Shown here: in pieces, positions 9,156-18,290 of the stretch | Layout: every line of letters begins with the position of its first letter | How positions within the stretch are numbered: the first letter of the stretch is position 1 | Source: Thermoplasmata archaeon | GTDB lineage: Archaea; Thermoplasmatota; Thermoplasmata; Lutacidiplasmatales; UBA184 | Direction of reading: 5' to 3' | Assembly: GCA_021817605.1 (NCBI GenBank) | Contig: JAKAUN010000011.1 | Location: forward strand, 16,803-80,802 | DNA length: 64,000 bases | Made by a program: the position numbers and the translations under genes | The notes under the pieces: generated by a model | Seen by the model: the letters and a program-made list of their open reading frames with translations, nothing else | Database searches by the model: none | What the model was told of the DNA's origin: nothing

Positions 9156-9422
9156 TCAGAGCGCCCAGTAGTGATGCTGCTCGGGGTTGCCGCCGATCCG
9201 TTGCTGGGCGACGGCGTGGTCGAGGACCAGGTGGGCGAAGAACCGTCCGTGCTCGTCACTGCCCGGAGGATCGTTCGGGAAGAAGAAGCCGTCCCGCTGG
9301 AGCGCCAGCCAGAAGAGCTCGGGCGTGAGCGGGTGGTCGGGGGTCCCGTCGTTGGCGCTCAGCGGGGCCACTTCGAGGGCGCGCCCAATCAGGTCGCTGG
9401 ACGACCGATGCCGAAGCTGCAT
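9156..9422 (-). CDS. Hypothetical cytosolic protein (88 aa)
   Basis: The ATG at 9422 is preceded by GGGGAGG and a TAGATATC box about 25 nt upstream. The product is MQLRHRSSSDLIGRALEVAPLSANDGTPDHPLTPELFWLALQRDGFFFPNDPPGSDEHGRFFAHLVLDH. I recognise no family. Confidence 0.5.
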   Translation of the reverse strand: MQLRHRSSSDLIGRALEVAPLSANDGTPDHPLTPELFWLALQRDGFFFPNDPPGSDEHGRFFAHLVLDHAVAQQRIGGNPEQHHYWAL

Positions 9423-9509
9423 GCCTCCCCGAGCGGTTGGCAGGATATCTAGACCCGGTGTGGTCCGGCCCACCCCCGCGGCGGCCCCCCCGGGTCTCCC
9501 GCCGAGGGG

Positions 9510-10427
9510 CTAAATCAAGGCCAAGAGGTCGAGCAGGACGTTGCCGGCGAGGATGCCGGCGAAGGCACCGAGGGCCAGCAAGACGACGAACGGGATCTGG
9601 GGAGAGACCCACACCCGTCGGACCCCTTTGTGGGCAAGGCTGACCGCGAGCTCGCGGCGCCGCTGCTGGTCCTCGGCCGACGTCTCCACGTCCTCGGAGA
9701 GGCCGTCCTCGCCGAGCACCGGGTCACGGACCCATACGAACCGGTAGGGGAGCAACTCGACCGGTAGCGAGTAGCCGGTGAAACCCGCCGGGAAGCTGAA
9801 CTCGCCGCGTCGCACGTTGCGCACTGCCACCGACAAGGGGACAACGAGGGAGAAGACCGCGGCGTTGGTGAGCATGGTGATCGAGAACGGGAGGATGGCG
9901 AGCACGGGGGAGGCGGCCGCGGGAGGGACGAGGAGCGGCGAGGCGAGAAGGGGGACAAGGAGACCGACGACGATCACCGCCTTGGCATCTGCCCCCCCGT
10001 AGAGGATGCCGAGCTCGAAGAGGCCCCGGGCGAGGATGACGGTAGCGAGCAGGGCGATCGCCGCGAGGGGGACCTTCCCAGGACCGAGCCCAAAGCGGGC
10101 GACGGCGGAGGCCACGACGATGAGCACCGCGAGGTAGATCGCCACCTCGATCAGTCCCAGGTAGCGCTCGCCGTGCTTGCCGAGGGCCTCGTCCCACGGG
10201 AAGAGGTGCTCGAGCGCGAACGCGGCGACCAGGAGCCAGACGAGCAGGGCGATCTCGCTGCCGGTCCCCTCGACGAAGGCGCCGAGGAGCGCCCCCCAGA
10301 GACCGAGTCCCTGCCAGAGACGGTCGTCGATCTCGCGGTTCCTCAGGTCGATCCATGCGGTCAGGGCGAGCCCGCCAGCCAGACCGAGCAGGCGGCCGGC
10401 CTCGACGAGCTGCTGCGTCGCGGTCAA
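9510..10427 (-). CDS. A24-family aspartic peptidase (archaeal prepilin/preflagellin peptidase, FlaK/PibD-like)
   Basis: It is polytopic. The first Asp motif is WIDLRNREIDD and the second is YGGADAKAV (the GxGDxK type). The start was set at TTG 10427; the upstream part of the ORF is Arg/Pro-rich and runs into the rps6e promoter. Confidence 0.65.
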   Translation of the reverse strand: MTATQQLVEAGRLLGLAGGLALTAWIDLRNREIDDRLWQGLGLWGALLGAFVEGTGSEIALLVWLLVAAFALEHLFPWDEALGKHGERYLGLIEVAIYLAVLIVVASAVARFGLGPGKVPLAAIALLATVILARGLFELGILYGGADAKAVIVVGLLVPLLASPLLVPPAAASPVLAILPFSITMLTNAAVFSLVVPLSVAVRNVRRGEFSFPAGFTGYSLPVELLPYRFVWVRDPVLGEDGLSEDVETSAEDQQRRRELAVSLAHKGVRRVWVSPQIPFVVLLALGAFAGILAGNVLLDLLALI

Positions 10428-10568
10428 TCGTCCGGCCGCCCCGAGGCGGGACGAGGGTTCGCCCTCATAACGGCGCGCCGCGGTCGGAGAAGCACGGGCT
10501 CTCGGCGCCGACGTCCTCGGCAGCCGCGGGGGTGGGGGGTCCGGGGGCGCCCGTCCGCTCGCAAACGC

Positions 10569-10576
10569 TTTTAAAT
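10569..10576 (+). promoter_or_regulatory. TATA box (TTTTAAAT) of the rps6e-eif2g-trm112 unit
   Basis: It is the only A/T octamer in the 185-nt divergent intergenic region and ends 37 nt upstream of ATG 10613. Confidence 0.5.
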
Positions 10577-10612
10577 CGGCCCGACTCGCGCGCGTTCGTC
10601 CACTGACGAACA

Positions 10613-10990
10613 ATGGTAGAGTACAAGCTCGTGATATCGGACGGGGGGTCGTCCATCGCCCGTTCGGTCACCGACCCGCAGTCGGCCGGCTTCCTGGGGA
10701 AGCGCATCGGGGAGACGGTCGGCGGCGAGCTGATCGGCGCGAGCGGCTACACCTTCCGGATCACCGGAGGGACCGACAAGAGCGGCTTTCCCATGCGCCC
10801 CGACCTCCCCGGGGCCCGGCAATCGAGGCTCTACGTGGGAGAGGGGCTGGGTTTCCACGCCCCCCGCCAGGGCATGCGCAAGCGCCGGACGTTCCGCGGC
10901 AACACGATCAGCGAGGACACGGTCCAGATCAACCTCGTCGTCGATCAAAAGGGACCGAAGCCGCTCGCGGAGCTGTTCGCCGCGTCATGA
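10613..10990 (+). CDS. rps6e: 30S ribosomal protein S6e
   Basis: MVEYKLVISDGG, GYTFRITGGTDKSGFPMRPDLPG and RKRRTFRGNTIS are present. Confidence 0.92.
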   Translation: MVEYKLVISDGGSSIARSVTDPQSAGFLGKRIGETVGGELIGASGYTFRITGGTDKSGFPMRPDLPGARQSRLYVGEGLGFHAPRQGMRKRRTFRGNTISEDTVQINLVVDQKGPKPLAELFAAS

Positions 10991-12222
10991 AGGTACCGAG
11001 CCAGCCCGAGGTGAGCATCGGCCTGGTCGGTCACGTCGACCACGGCAAGACCACGCTCACCCAGGCGCTCACCGGTGAGTGGACCGACCGGCACTCCGAG
11101 GAGCTCAAGCGCGGCATCTCGATCAAGCTCGGCTACGCCGACGCCGCGTTCTACCGCTGCCCGAGCTGCCCGGAACCCCTCGGCTTCTCCGTCGAGCCGG
11201 TCTGCCAGAACTGCAAGGGCCCGGCAAAGTTCCTGCGCGCTGTCTCGTTCGTCGATGCCCCCGGCCACGAGACGCTCATGGAGACGATGCTCTCGGGCGC
11301 GGCGATCATGGACGGGGCCCTCCTCCTGGTCGCGGCGAACGAGAAGGTCCCCCAGCCCCAGACCCGCGAGCACCTCTACGCGCTCGACATCATCGGCGTG
11401 CGCAAGGTCGTGGTCGTCCAGAACAAGATCGACCTCCTCACCGCCGAGGCGGCAGAGACCAACCAGAGGGAGATCGTCGAGTTCCTCCACGGCTCGCCGC
11501 TCGCGGACGCCCCCGTGGTCCCGGTGAGCGCGAACCACCGCGTCGGGATCGACGGACTCATCGGTGCCATCGAGGCGACGATCCCCACCCCGGCTCGGGA
11601 CCCGGCGAAGCCTCCGCTCATGTACGTCGCCCGTTCCTTCGACGTGAACCGGCCGGGGACTCGGGCTCCCGAGCTCCGCGGCGGGGTGCTCGGCGGCTCC
11701 CTGCTCCAGGGGCGTCTAACCAAGGGCGAGGAGATCGAGATCCGGCCCGGCGTCGCCCAGGGGACGGCGGGGAGCTCCGAGGCGATCACCACGAAGGTCG
11801 TCTCCATCGTCGCGGGAGGCGAGGAGCGGGACGAGCTACGTCCCGGAGGACTCGCCGCGATCGGGACCAGTCTCGACCCGTCCCTCGCGAAGGGTGACGG
11901 CCTCACCGGCCGCCTGGTCGGTACCGCGGGGACCCTTCCTCCGGTGAGCCAGAAGATCCGGCTCCGTGCGACGCTTCTCGAGCGGGTGCTCGGCGCCCAG
12001 CGGGAGATCAAGGTCGACAAGATCCGGACGAGCGAGCTCTTGGCCGTCACCGTGGGCACGACCATCGCCCCCGGGAAGGTCACCAGCGCCCGGGGCGACG
12101 ACGTCGAGCTCTCGCTCAACCGCCCGGTCACGGTCTTCCCGGGGAGCCGCGTCGCCATCTCGCGCCGCCTCCAGGCCTGGCGGCTGATCGGCTACGGCAT
12201 CGTGGAAGGGCCCGGCCGATGA
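10987..12222 (+). CDS. eif2g: Translation initiation factor aIF2 gamma subunit
   Basis: G1 GHVDHGKTTL, the zinc knuckle CPSCPEP..CQNC, DAPGHE and NKID are present. The ATGA overlap with the rps6e stop suggests coupling. Confidence 0.95.
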   Translation: MKVPSQPEVSIGLVGHVDHGKTTLTQALTGEWTDRHSEELKRGISIKLGYADAAFYRCPSCPEPLGFSVEPVCQNCKGPAKFLRAVSFVDAPGHETLMETMLSGAAIMDGALLLVAANEKVPQPQTREHLYALDIIGVRKVVVVQNKIDLLTAEAAETNQREIVEFLHGSPLADAPVVPVSANHRVGIDGLIGAIEATIPTPARDPAKPPLMYVARSFDVNRPGTRAPELRGGVLGGSLLQGRLTKGEEIEIRPGVAQGTAGSSEAITTKVVSIVAGGEERDELRPGGLAAIGTSLDPSLAKGDGLTGRLVGTAGTLPPVSQKIRLRATLLERVLGAQREIKVDKIRTSELLAVTVGTTIAPGKVTSARGDDVELSLNRPVTVFPGSRVAISRRLQAWRLIGYGIVEGPGR

Positions 12223-12401
12223 GGCCCGACCTCCTCGAGATCCTCCGCTGCCCGGTCTGCAAGGGGGAGCTCGAGCTCTCCGTCGCGCAGCGTGACGGGC
12301 AGGAGATCCTTCGCGGGAGCCTCGCCTGCGCCCGCTGCAGGGTGACCTACCCCATCGAGGACGGCATCCCCGACATGCTTCCCCCGGGCGAGCGCGACTG
12401 A
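12219..12401 (+). CDS. trm112: Trm112-family zinc-ribbon methyltransferase activator
   Basis: LLEILRCPVCKGELEL..LACARCRVTYPIEDGIPDMLP. The start overlaps the eif2g stop (ATGA). Confidence 0.85.
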   Translation: MRPDLLEILRCPVCKGELELSVAQRDGQEILRGSLACARCRVTYPIEDGIPDMLPPGERD

Positions 12402-12437
12402 GACGACACGCCCCGCGCGGCAGGAGCCGAGGACGGT

Positions 12438-12872
12438 CTACCCGCTCGGCATCGCGAGGTAGTAGTACAGGAACAGGGCGAAGAACAGCACCGTGGACAC
12501 CCCGATCGACGGCAGCAGCCAGCGGATCGATCGACGCGAGCGCGCTTGGACCGAGCTACCGACGGTCACGATAGGCAACGCACCCGCGAGCCAGTAGCCC
12601 GAGAGGATCGTCTCGAACAGAGCGAAGGAGGTGCGGTTGCCGCTCGGGTAGTACACCGCGAGGGCGATCACGAGGCCGACCGAGAAGACGAGGTAGACGA
12701 GGCTCACTCCCGCGGCCTCGAGATAGCCTTCGACCGCCCGGCGGCGGCGCGGGTGCCAGGTCCTCAGGGCCGCCCACATCACCACGAAGGCGACCAGCGT
12801 GCCCGCGAGGACGTAGAAGGACGGCGAGGCGAGTCCGAGGCGGAAGGTCCCGGGACCCGGGGGAGCGATCAC
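12438..12872 (-). CDS. Hypothetical integral membrane protein (about 4 TM)
   Basis: Four hydrophobic helices separated by Arg-rich loops. No family recognised. Confidence 0.55.
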   Translation of the reverse strand: MIAPPGPGTFRLGLASPSFYVLAGTLVAFVVMWAALRTWHPRRRRAVEGYLEAAGVSLVYLVFSVGLVIALAVYYPSGNRTSFALFETILSGYWLAGALPIVTVGSSVQARSRRSIRWLLPSIGVSTVLFFALFLYYYLAMPSG

Positions 12873-12887
12873 GCGCGGAGGCTCCTC

Positions 12888-13517
12888 CTACGGGGTGCTC
12901 AGGACGGCCCGCGCAGGGCCCCCGTCCCCGCCCTTGATGCGGAGCGGAAGGCAGGCGAACTCCGCCGGGCCGGAGGGGGCGTCGGAGAGCAGGAGTCCCT
13001 CCACGATGGCCACCCCGTGGCTGAGAAGATCGCGATGGACCGGGAAGCTGCCCGTCGCGTCGGCCTCGATCGAGAGCGAATCGATGCCGATCAGGCGTAC
13101 CCCGAGCTGACGAAGGCGCTTCGCCCCGTCGAGGTCGAGGGCGACATAGTCCGCAAAGAACGCGAGGCGTGAGGCCCATCGCTCGGAGTTCGAGCTCTTG
13201 AGCAGGAGCCGCTCGGTGCCGCGCGCGACCGCCGAGAGCTCGGAGGGCCCGATCCTCCGGACGGAAGGAGGGACGGAGAGCACCTGGCACGGTCCGTTGA
13301 GCTGGCCCAGGTCGAGGCGGTCGACAGGGAGCCCGTCAGCCACGAAGTGCAGCGGCGGGTCGACATGGGTGCCCGTGTGGCTCCCGAGCTCGAGGATCGA
13401 GAGGTTGTAGCCGCCGTCCTTTTCGAGGGAGCGGACCCGTCGGCTGCGGAAGACCGGGTCACCCGGGAACGCGGGGGTTCCCTCGTCCAGCGGCATCGAG
13501 AGGTCGATCCGGGCCAT
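12888..13517 (-). CDS. Cyclase-family protein / kynurenine formamidase-like metal hydrolase
   Basis: The ATG at 13517 gives MARIDLSMPL. The HxGTHxDxPxH motif GSHTGTHVDPPLHF is present, along with IGIDSLSIE. Confidence 0.8.
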   Translation of the reverse strand: MARIDLSMPLDEGTPAFPGDPVFRSRRVRSLEKDGGYNLSILELGSHTGTHVDPPLHFVADGLPVDRLDLGQLNGPCQVLSVPPSVRRIGPSELSAVARGTERLLLKSSNSERWASRLAFFADYVALDLDGAKRLRQLGVRLIGIDSLSIEADATGSFPVHRDLLSHGVAIVEGLLLSDAPSGPAEFACLPLRIKGGDGGPARAVLSTP

Positions 13518-13634
13518 CCGCGTCGTCCTCGGTTGCCCCGCAGGGGGGATAACGGTTCGGTCGCTGCGGAGACCCTTGGTCGGCCGCCCCAGCACGCCAA
13601 GGGTTAAGCCGACCCGTCGGGAGGGAGAGGAGCG

Positions 13635-14951
13635 ATGGTCCGTTCAGCGCCGGAGGACGAGCCGGCCTCGGCCGACGACCTCGACGAGGTCCTCGGAGAT
13701 CGAGGCCTGGAAGGCTCCCCCACGGGAGGACGACGGGGCCGGACCCGCTCGCGCCGGGTGAAGGAGCGGCCGGTGCGTCCGTGGCGCCCCACCGACGACC
13801 TCGACGACGAGCTCGACCGTCTCGCCTCGGACCGGGAGAGAAAGGGCCGCCCGCCGGCCCATCTCCGAGCTCGCGACTCGATGTTCTTCGAGCCGCTGGT
13901 CGCCCTCGCGATCATCGTCGTCCTGCTCGTCTCCCTGTTCGCCTACACCTCCAACTGGCCCCCGGTTTACGTCGTCGAGTCGAACAGCATGCAGCACGGC
14001 GCCGGCGACCACCTGGGCTTCCTCAACGCCGGGGATGTCGTCCTCGCCCAGAAGGTATCGAACACCTCCGTCCAGCCGTACTTCCCCTCGGTCCTCACCG
14101 GCTTCAAGACCTACGGCGAGTTCGGGGACGTCATCCTCTACTACCCGAACGGGTCGACCTCGGCGACACCGATCGTCCATCGGGCAATCACCTTCCTCGT
14201 CTGGGACGCCGCGAGCCAGACCTACAGCGCACCGGGACTCAGGGCTCTTCCCTGCAATGCCACGAGCCACCCGTACTACCGGACGACCTCGACGGCAAGC
14301 GGCTGCGGCACCACGGGGCTCAACGGGATCCTCTACCTCTACAACCTCGGGTGGAAGGACACTACGATCACGGTCGACTTCACGTCGAACTCCTGCCGCG
14401 GGGACCTCGGAGCCCACTCCGGCTTCCTCACCCTCGGCGACAACAACAGCTACGCCGACCAGGTCCCGGCGGCGTGCGGCACCACCGCGATCAGCTCGCT
14501 GGTCGAACCGGGCTGGGTGATCGGGGTCGCGCGAGGGCTGCTGCCGTGGTTCGGTGCCCTCAAGCTCGTTTTGGACGGCAACGCCGGGCATGTTCCCGGT
14601 GCTTCCTGGGAGTACATGGGCCTCTCGATCGCGGGGCTGCTTCTGGCCGCGGCAGGGATCCATCTTCTGCTACGCCGCCGAGAGCGCGGCGTCGATGACC
14701 GCCGGCGACGCGAGCAACGACGCGACGCCGAGCTTGGCCTCGAAGACGAGAGTGGGGAGCCGCCGGCGCGACCGGCGGTCCGCCGGTGGGAGGAGCCGCC
14801 GGCGGAGGAGGAGGCGCCCGAGCCCCGCCCGGCCCCGAGGGCCTCCTACGAGGAGCGCCGCCGCAGCCACTTCGTCTCGCGCTCCGGGTCGAACCGCCCG
14901 CACGGCCGCCCCGAGCCGCCCCCCGCGCCGGACGAGACAGAGAGCTCCTGA
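13635..14951 (+). CDS. Archaeal-type signal peptidase I (S26B/Sec11-like) with a large catalytic-domain insertion, a second C-terminal TM helix and a charged tail
   Basis: The TM helix FEPLVALAIIVVLLVSLFAY is followed by the Ser box VVESNSMQH and the His box PIVHRAI. An alternative start at ATG 13881 would remove the 82-aa charged N-terminus. Confidence 0.75.
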   Translation: MVRSAPEDEPASADDLDEVLGDRGLEGSPTGGRRGRTRSRRVKERPVRPWRPTDDLDDELDRLASDRERKGRPPAHLRARDSMFFEPLVALAIIVVLLVSLFAYTSNWPPVYVVESNSMQHGAGDHLGFLNAGDVVLAQKVSNTSVQPYFPSVLTGFKTYGEFGDVILYYPNGSTSATPIVHRAITFLVWDAASQTYSAPGLRALPCNATSHPYYRTTSTASGCGTTGLNGILYLYNLGWKDTTITVDFTSNSCRGDLGAHSGFLTLGDNNSYADQVPAACGTTAISSLVEPGWVIGVARGLLPWFGALKLVLDGNAGHVPGASWEYMGLSIAGLLLAAAGIHLLLRRRERGVDDRRRREQRRDAELGLEDESGEPPARPAVRRWEEPPAEEEAPEPRPAPRASYEERRRSHFVSRSGSNRPHGRPEPPPAPDETESS

Positions 14952-15019
14952 GACCGCCCCGACGAGGGCGGGCGAAGCGCTCTTTAACCGGTGCTCGGCT
15001 CCCGAGTTCGCGTCGGACC

Positions 15020-15895
15020 ATGCACGTCATTGGCGGAACCGCGTCCACGGCGCTCGCCGAACGCATCTCGCGGGAGCTCGACAACGCGCCGTTCGGCATC
15101 CCGTTCACCAAGAGATTCCCTGACGGGGAGCTCTACCTGAGGGTCGGCGGCCGCCTCGAGGGGGACGATGTCGTACTCGTCCAGTCGACGCGCACCGACG
15201 AGGATCTCATCGAGCTGCTGCTGCTCGAGGATGCGGTTCGCGAGGCGGGGGCCCGCCGGACCTTCGTGGTGGTTCCCTACTTCGGCTACGCCCGGCAGGA
15301 CCGTCGGTTCTTCCCGGGAGAGCCGCTGAGCGCCCGGGCGCTCTGTCGCCACGTCGAGCTGGACGCGGACGCGGTCATCACCGTCGACCTGCACTCGCCG
15401 CAGACGCTTTCCCACTTCACCAAGCCCGCCTTCGAGGCGAGCGGGATCTCGGCGCTCGCCCGCCTGCTCAAGGAGCGGCCGGTCGACGTGCTCGTCTCTC
15501 CCGACAAGGGCGGGGTCGACCGCGCGCGACGGATGGCCCAGCTCCTCGACCGCCCGTGGTTCGGCTTCGAGAAGCGGCGGATCGACTCCGATCACGTCGA
15601 GCTGAGCCTCGGCGCGGGCACGATCCCGCCCCTCGAGGGCAAGCACGCGGTCCTGGTCGACGATGTCATCACCACGGGGGGCACGATGGTCGAGGCGGCG
15701 CGGCTGCTCAAGCGTCGGGGAGCCCGCGCGGTCACCGCCGCGTGCACGCACGGGCTCTTCCTGCGCGACGCCTTCGAGCGGATCAAGGCCGTGACGGACG
15801 AGATCCTCTCCACCGACACCCTCGACAACCCGGCCGAGAAGGGTTCCGTGGCACCGGACGTGGCGCAGATCCTCAAGCGCGAGTTCCCCCCCTAG
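15020..15895 (+). CDS. prs: Ribose-phosphate pyrophosphokinase
   Basis: FPDGELYLRV, YFGYARQDRR, DLHS and the PRPP loop VLVDDVITTGGT are present. Confidence 0.92.
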   Translation: MHVIGGTASTALAERISRELDNAPFGIPFTKRFPDGELYLRVGGRLEGDDVVLVQSTRTDEDLIELLLLEDAVREAGARRTFVVVPYFGYARQDRRFFPGEPLSARALCRHVELDADAVITVDLHSPQTLSHFTKPAFEASGISALARLLKERPVDVLVSPDKGGVDRARRMAQLLDRPWFGFEKRRIDSDHVELSLGAGTIPPLEGKHAVLVDDVITTGGTMVEAARLLKRRGARAVTAACTHGLFLRDAFERIKAVTDEILSTDTLDNPAEKGSVAPDVAQILKREFPP

Positions 15896-15922
15896 GGGCT
15901 CGGGGAGGGCCGAGAGCGAGCC

Positions 15923-16885
15923 GTGGCCGAGCCGAAACGGACCACCGCCGCTCGAACCGCCGAGCTCGAGGAGCTCCTGGGCGGGTTGCGAAAGGAGCTC
16001 GTCGCGCGCGACGAGGCCCCGGGCGGCACCTGGGTCGAGGACGCCGTGAGCGACCTGCTCTCGGGGAGCCGGCCCGGGTTCTTCCTCCCGCCGACCGACG
16101 GAGGGGGGCTGCTCTTCTACACCCGTCGAGGTTCCCTCGCCTTCGGCCACCTTCACGTCGGTCCCGGGGAGGGTGGGCTGGCCCGTGCGGAGGCGCTCGC
16201 CGCGGCGCTCTTCGGCGGGCTTCCGGAGGACCTCGCGGCGGTCGACCTGGGCTTCACCGGCCTCGGGGCCGAGGAGGAGGAGCCGCTCGTCGCGCGACTT
16301 GCCACGCGACCGGGCTCGACCGTCATCCGTCGCCAGGCGATGGAGCGGGTGCTCTCCGACGAGGACGGCGCGCGACCCGCGGACCCTCCCAAGGGTCTCG
16401 AGCGGCTCCCCGTGCGGGAGGTTGCCCCGGAGGCGCTCGCCGACCTCGATCGGAGGGCGCTCCGAGGATCGGTCGACGCGCTGCTGCTGGGAGGAGAGCT
16501 CGGGGACTACCAGCACTCGCTCGAGGCGACCCTGGACGACCGCCTCGGGCGGTTCCTGGACGAGGCCTCCTGCGCCCTTCTCGAGCGGGAGCCGCTCCGC
16601 CTGGTCGGGGCGATCCTCACGGCCGAGCGCTCGCCACGACGGGGGATCTTCCTTGACCTGGCGGTCGACCCCGAGCGACGCCGCCGCGGGCTTGGCCGCT
16701 ACCTCCTGGGCTGGGGACTTCGCGCGCTTTGGGCTCTCGGCTACGAGAGATCGCGTCTCTGGGTCAGCGACGAGAACCGTTCCGCCCTCGCCCTGTACAC
16801 GGCCTTCGGCTTCACCCCGATCGGCCGCACGAGCATCTACCGCTGGGACCGGTCGGTTTCCCCGCAGCCGCAACCCTCGCGGTAG
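15923..16885 (+). CDS. GNAT-family N-acetyltransferase (two-domain, MshD-like layout)
   Basis: The C-terminal acetyl-CoA motif is LAVDPERRRRGLGRYLLGWGL..ALYTAFGF. The N-terminal half is a degenerate GNAT-like region. Confidence 0.7.
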   Translation: MAEPKRTTAARTAELEELLGGLRKELVARDEAPGGTWVEDAVSDLLSGSRPGFFLPPTDGGGLLFYTRRGSLAFGHLHVGPGEGGLARAEALAAALFGGLPEDLAAVDLGFTGLGAEEEEPLVARLATRPGSTVIRRQAMERVLSDEDGARPADPPKGLERLPVREVAPEALADLDRRALRGSVDALLLGGELGDYQHSLEATLDDRLGRFLDEASCALLEREPLRLVGAILTAERSPRRGIFLDLAVDPERRRRGLGRYLLGWGLRALWALGYERSRLWVSDENRSALALYTAFGFTPIGRTSIYRWDRSVSPQPQPSR

Positions 16886-18237
16886 GGGCAGCTCGGGAAC
16901 ATCCACGCAGGGCAGGCCGGGAGCGAGCCCGGCGTCCTTCGCTCGAGGGCCGTCTCGTAGCCCCGCCGCCGTTGCGCAAGCTCTTCGGCGTAGCCTGCGA
17001 TGTCGGCCCCGAAGGAGTACTCGAGCACCTGGAGGCGGTCGCGGGGCTCCTCGGCCCGCTCGTAGGCGAGGAGGGCACGCCCGCGACGCGTTGCCGTCGC
17101 CACGCAGCGGAAGCCGAGCTCGAGGGCATACTGGGGGAACCGGGCGAGCGCCTCCTCCGGGCGGGTCCGCGACCACGCTCGGGAGGTCCGCAGGACGTAC
17201 GGCTCGCCGCGCCAGCCGGCGACCTCTTCCTCGGGGGTCCAACCGAACTCCCTCAACCGGTGGACCTCTCCCGCGGGGCCGCCCTCGAGCGCCCCAACGG
17301 CGCCGTCCCAGACGTCCGAGACCGAGGAGTCGGTCACGGCAACCGGCGGGCCGGAGGCCTCGAGCGGGCTCACCGCGTCGAAGTACGCCCTCCGGGGGTA
17401 GACGAGGTCACGGTAGCGGCGGACCGAGGGGGAGGGGGCACCGAGGTCGATTCTCTCGAGGGCCGAGGCCCAACGCTCGGCGACGTCCTCCCGTGGGCGG
17501 GCGTCCTTCGCCCCGGCGAGGAGGACGTCGGAGGGCGGCGGCTCCGTCCCTTGGCAGTCGCACTGCCCCGCGGCGCGGTACTCGCAGCCACGGGAGAACC
17601 AACGGCACCTCGGGAGCCGCGACGGCTCCCGAAGTGCGATCGCCTCGCGGAGCGAGGTCGCCCTTTGCTCGAGCTCCGAGCCCAAGGCCCCCGGGTCACG
17701 GAACCCAAGGTCGTAGGCGCGGACCTTGGGAGCCCCTTGGGCGAGCCGCTGGACATGGACGAGCCGCGCCTCGTCCCGGTCCAGGAGGGCGCAGTAGAAC
17801 CCGACCTGCTCGACGTACTCCGGCCGCTCGACCTTGAGGTCCCCGGGGAGGGGGTCCTCGCCCGTCTTGATCTCGACAGGCACCTCGGCGAGGAGGTCGA
17901 TCCGCGCCGACACGCCGCGTCGGCGCAGCCGTACCTCGAAGGCGCCCTCGTGGGGGAGCGCGATGTTGATCCCGCGATGGATGGCGCGTCCCGCCTCCAT
18001 CCGGGCCCGTCGCTCGGGGGCGACGGGAGCCGGGCCGCCGAGGTGGCGCCAGTACGCGCGTCGCGGCTCCAACAGGTCGGTGACGCTTACGGCGCGTGCC
18101 CACGGACCCGGGGGAAGACGCTCGAGCAGCTCGCGAGCGAGCTCGGCGTCCTCGCGGATCGTCGGGGCAGGGAGCCCGCTCCGCTCCCCCGGGGGCGGCG
18201 CTCCGGGCACAGGGGAGACAGAGCCGGGGCGGCTCAA
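16837..18237 (-). CDS. Internally duplicated PD-(D/E)xK (Cas4/AddB-type) nuclease-like protein with two C-terminal-type Cys clusters
   Basis: Half 1 has SVTDLLEPRRAYW, GRAIHRG, ARIDLL..PVEIKTG (D..ExK), QVGFYCALL and CRWFSRGCEYRAAGQCDC. Half 2 has SVRRYRDLVYPRRAYF, QYALELGF and CPAWMFPSCPYREGCGC. The TTG start is uncertain. Confidence 0.6.
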   Translation of the reverse strand: MSRPGSVSPVPGAPPPGERSGLPAPTIREDAELARELLERLPPGPWARAVSVTDLLEPRRAYWRHLGGPAPVAPERRARMEAGRAIHRGINIALPHEGAFEVRLRRRGVSARIDLLAEVPVEIKTGEDPLPGDLKVERPEYVEQVGFYCALLDRDEARLVHVQRLAQGAPKVRAYDLGFRDPGALGSELEQRATSLREAIALREPSRLPRCRWFSRGCEYRAAGQCDCQGTEPPPSDVLLAGAKDARPREDVAERWASALERIDLGAPSPSVRRYRDLVYPRRAYFDAVSPLEASGPPVAVTDSSVSDVWDGAVGALEGGPAGEVHRLREFGWTPEEEVAGWRGEPYVLRTSRAWSRTRPEEALARFPQYALELGFRCVATATRRGRALLAYERAEEPRDRLQVLEYSFGADIAGYAEELAQRRRGYETALERRTPGSLPACPAWMFPSCPYREGCGCGETDRSQR

Positions 18238-18290
18238 GAAGCATCTGCTGCCTTCCGGTAAGCTCTTGTCGTCAGCGGACTCCGAGGAGC

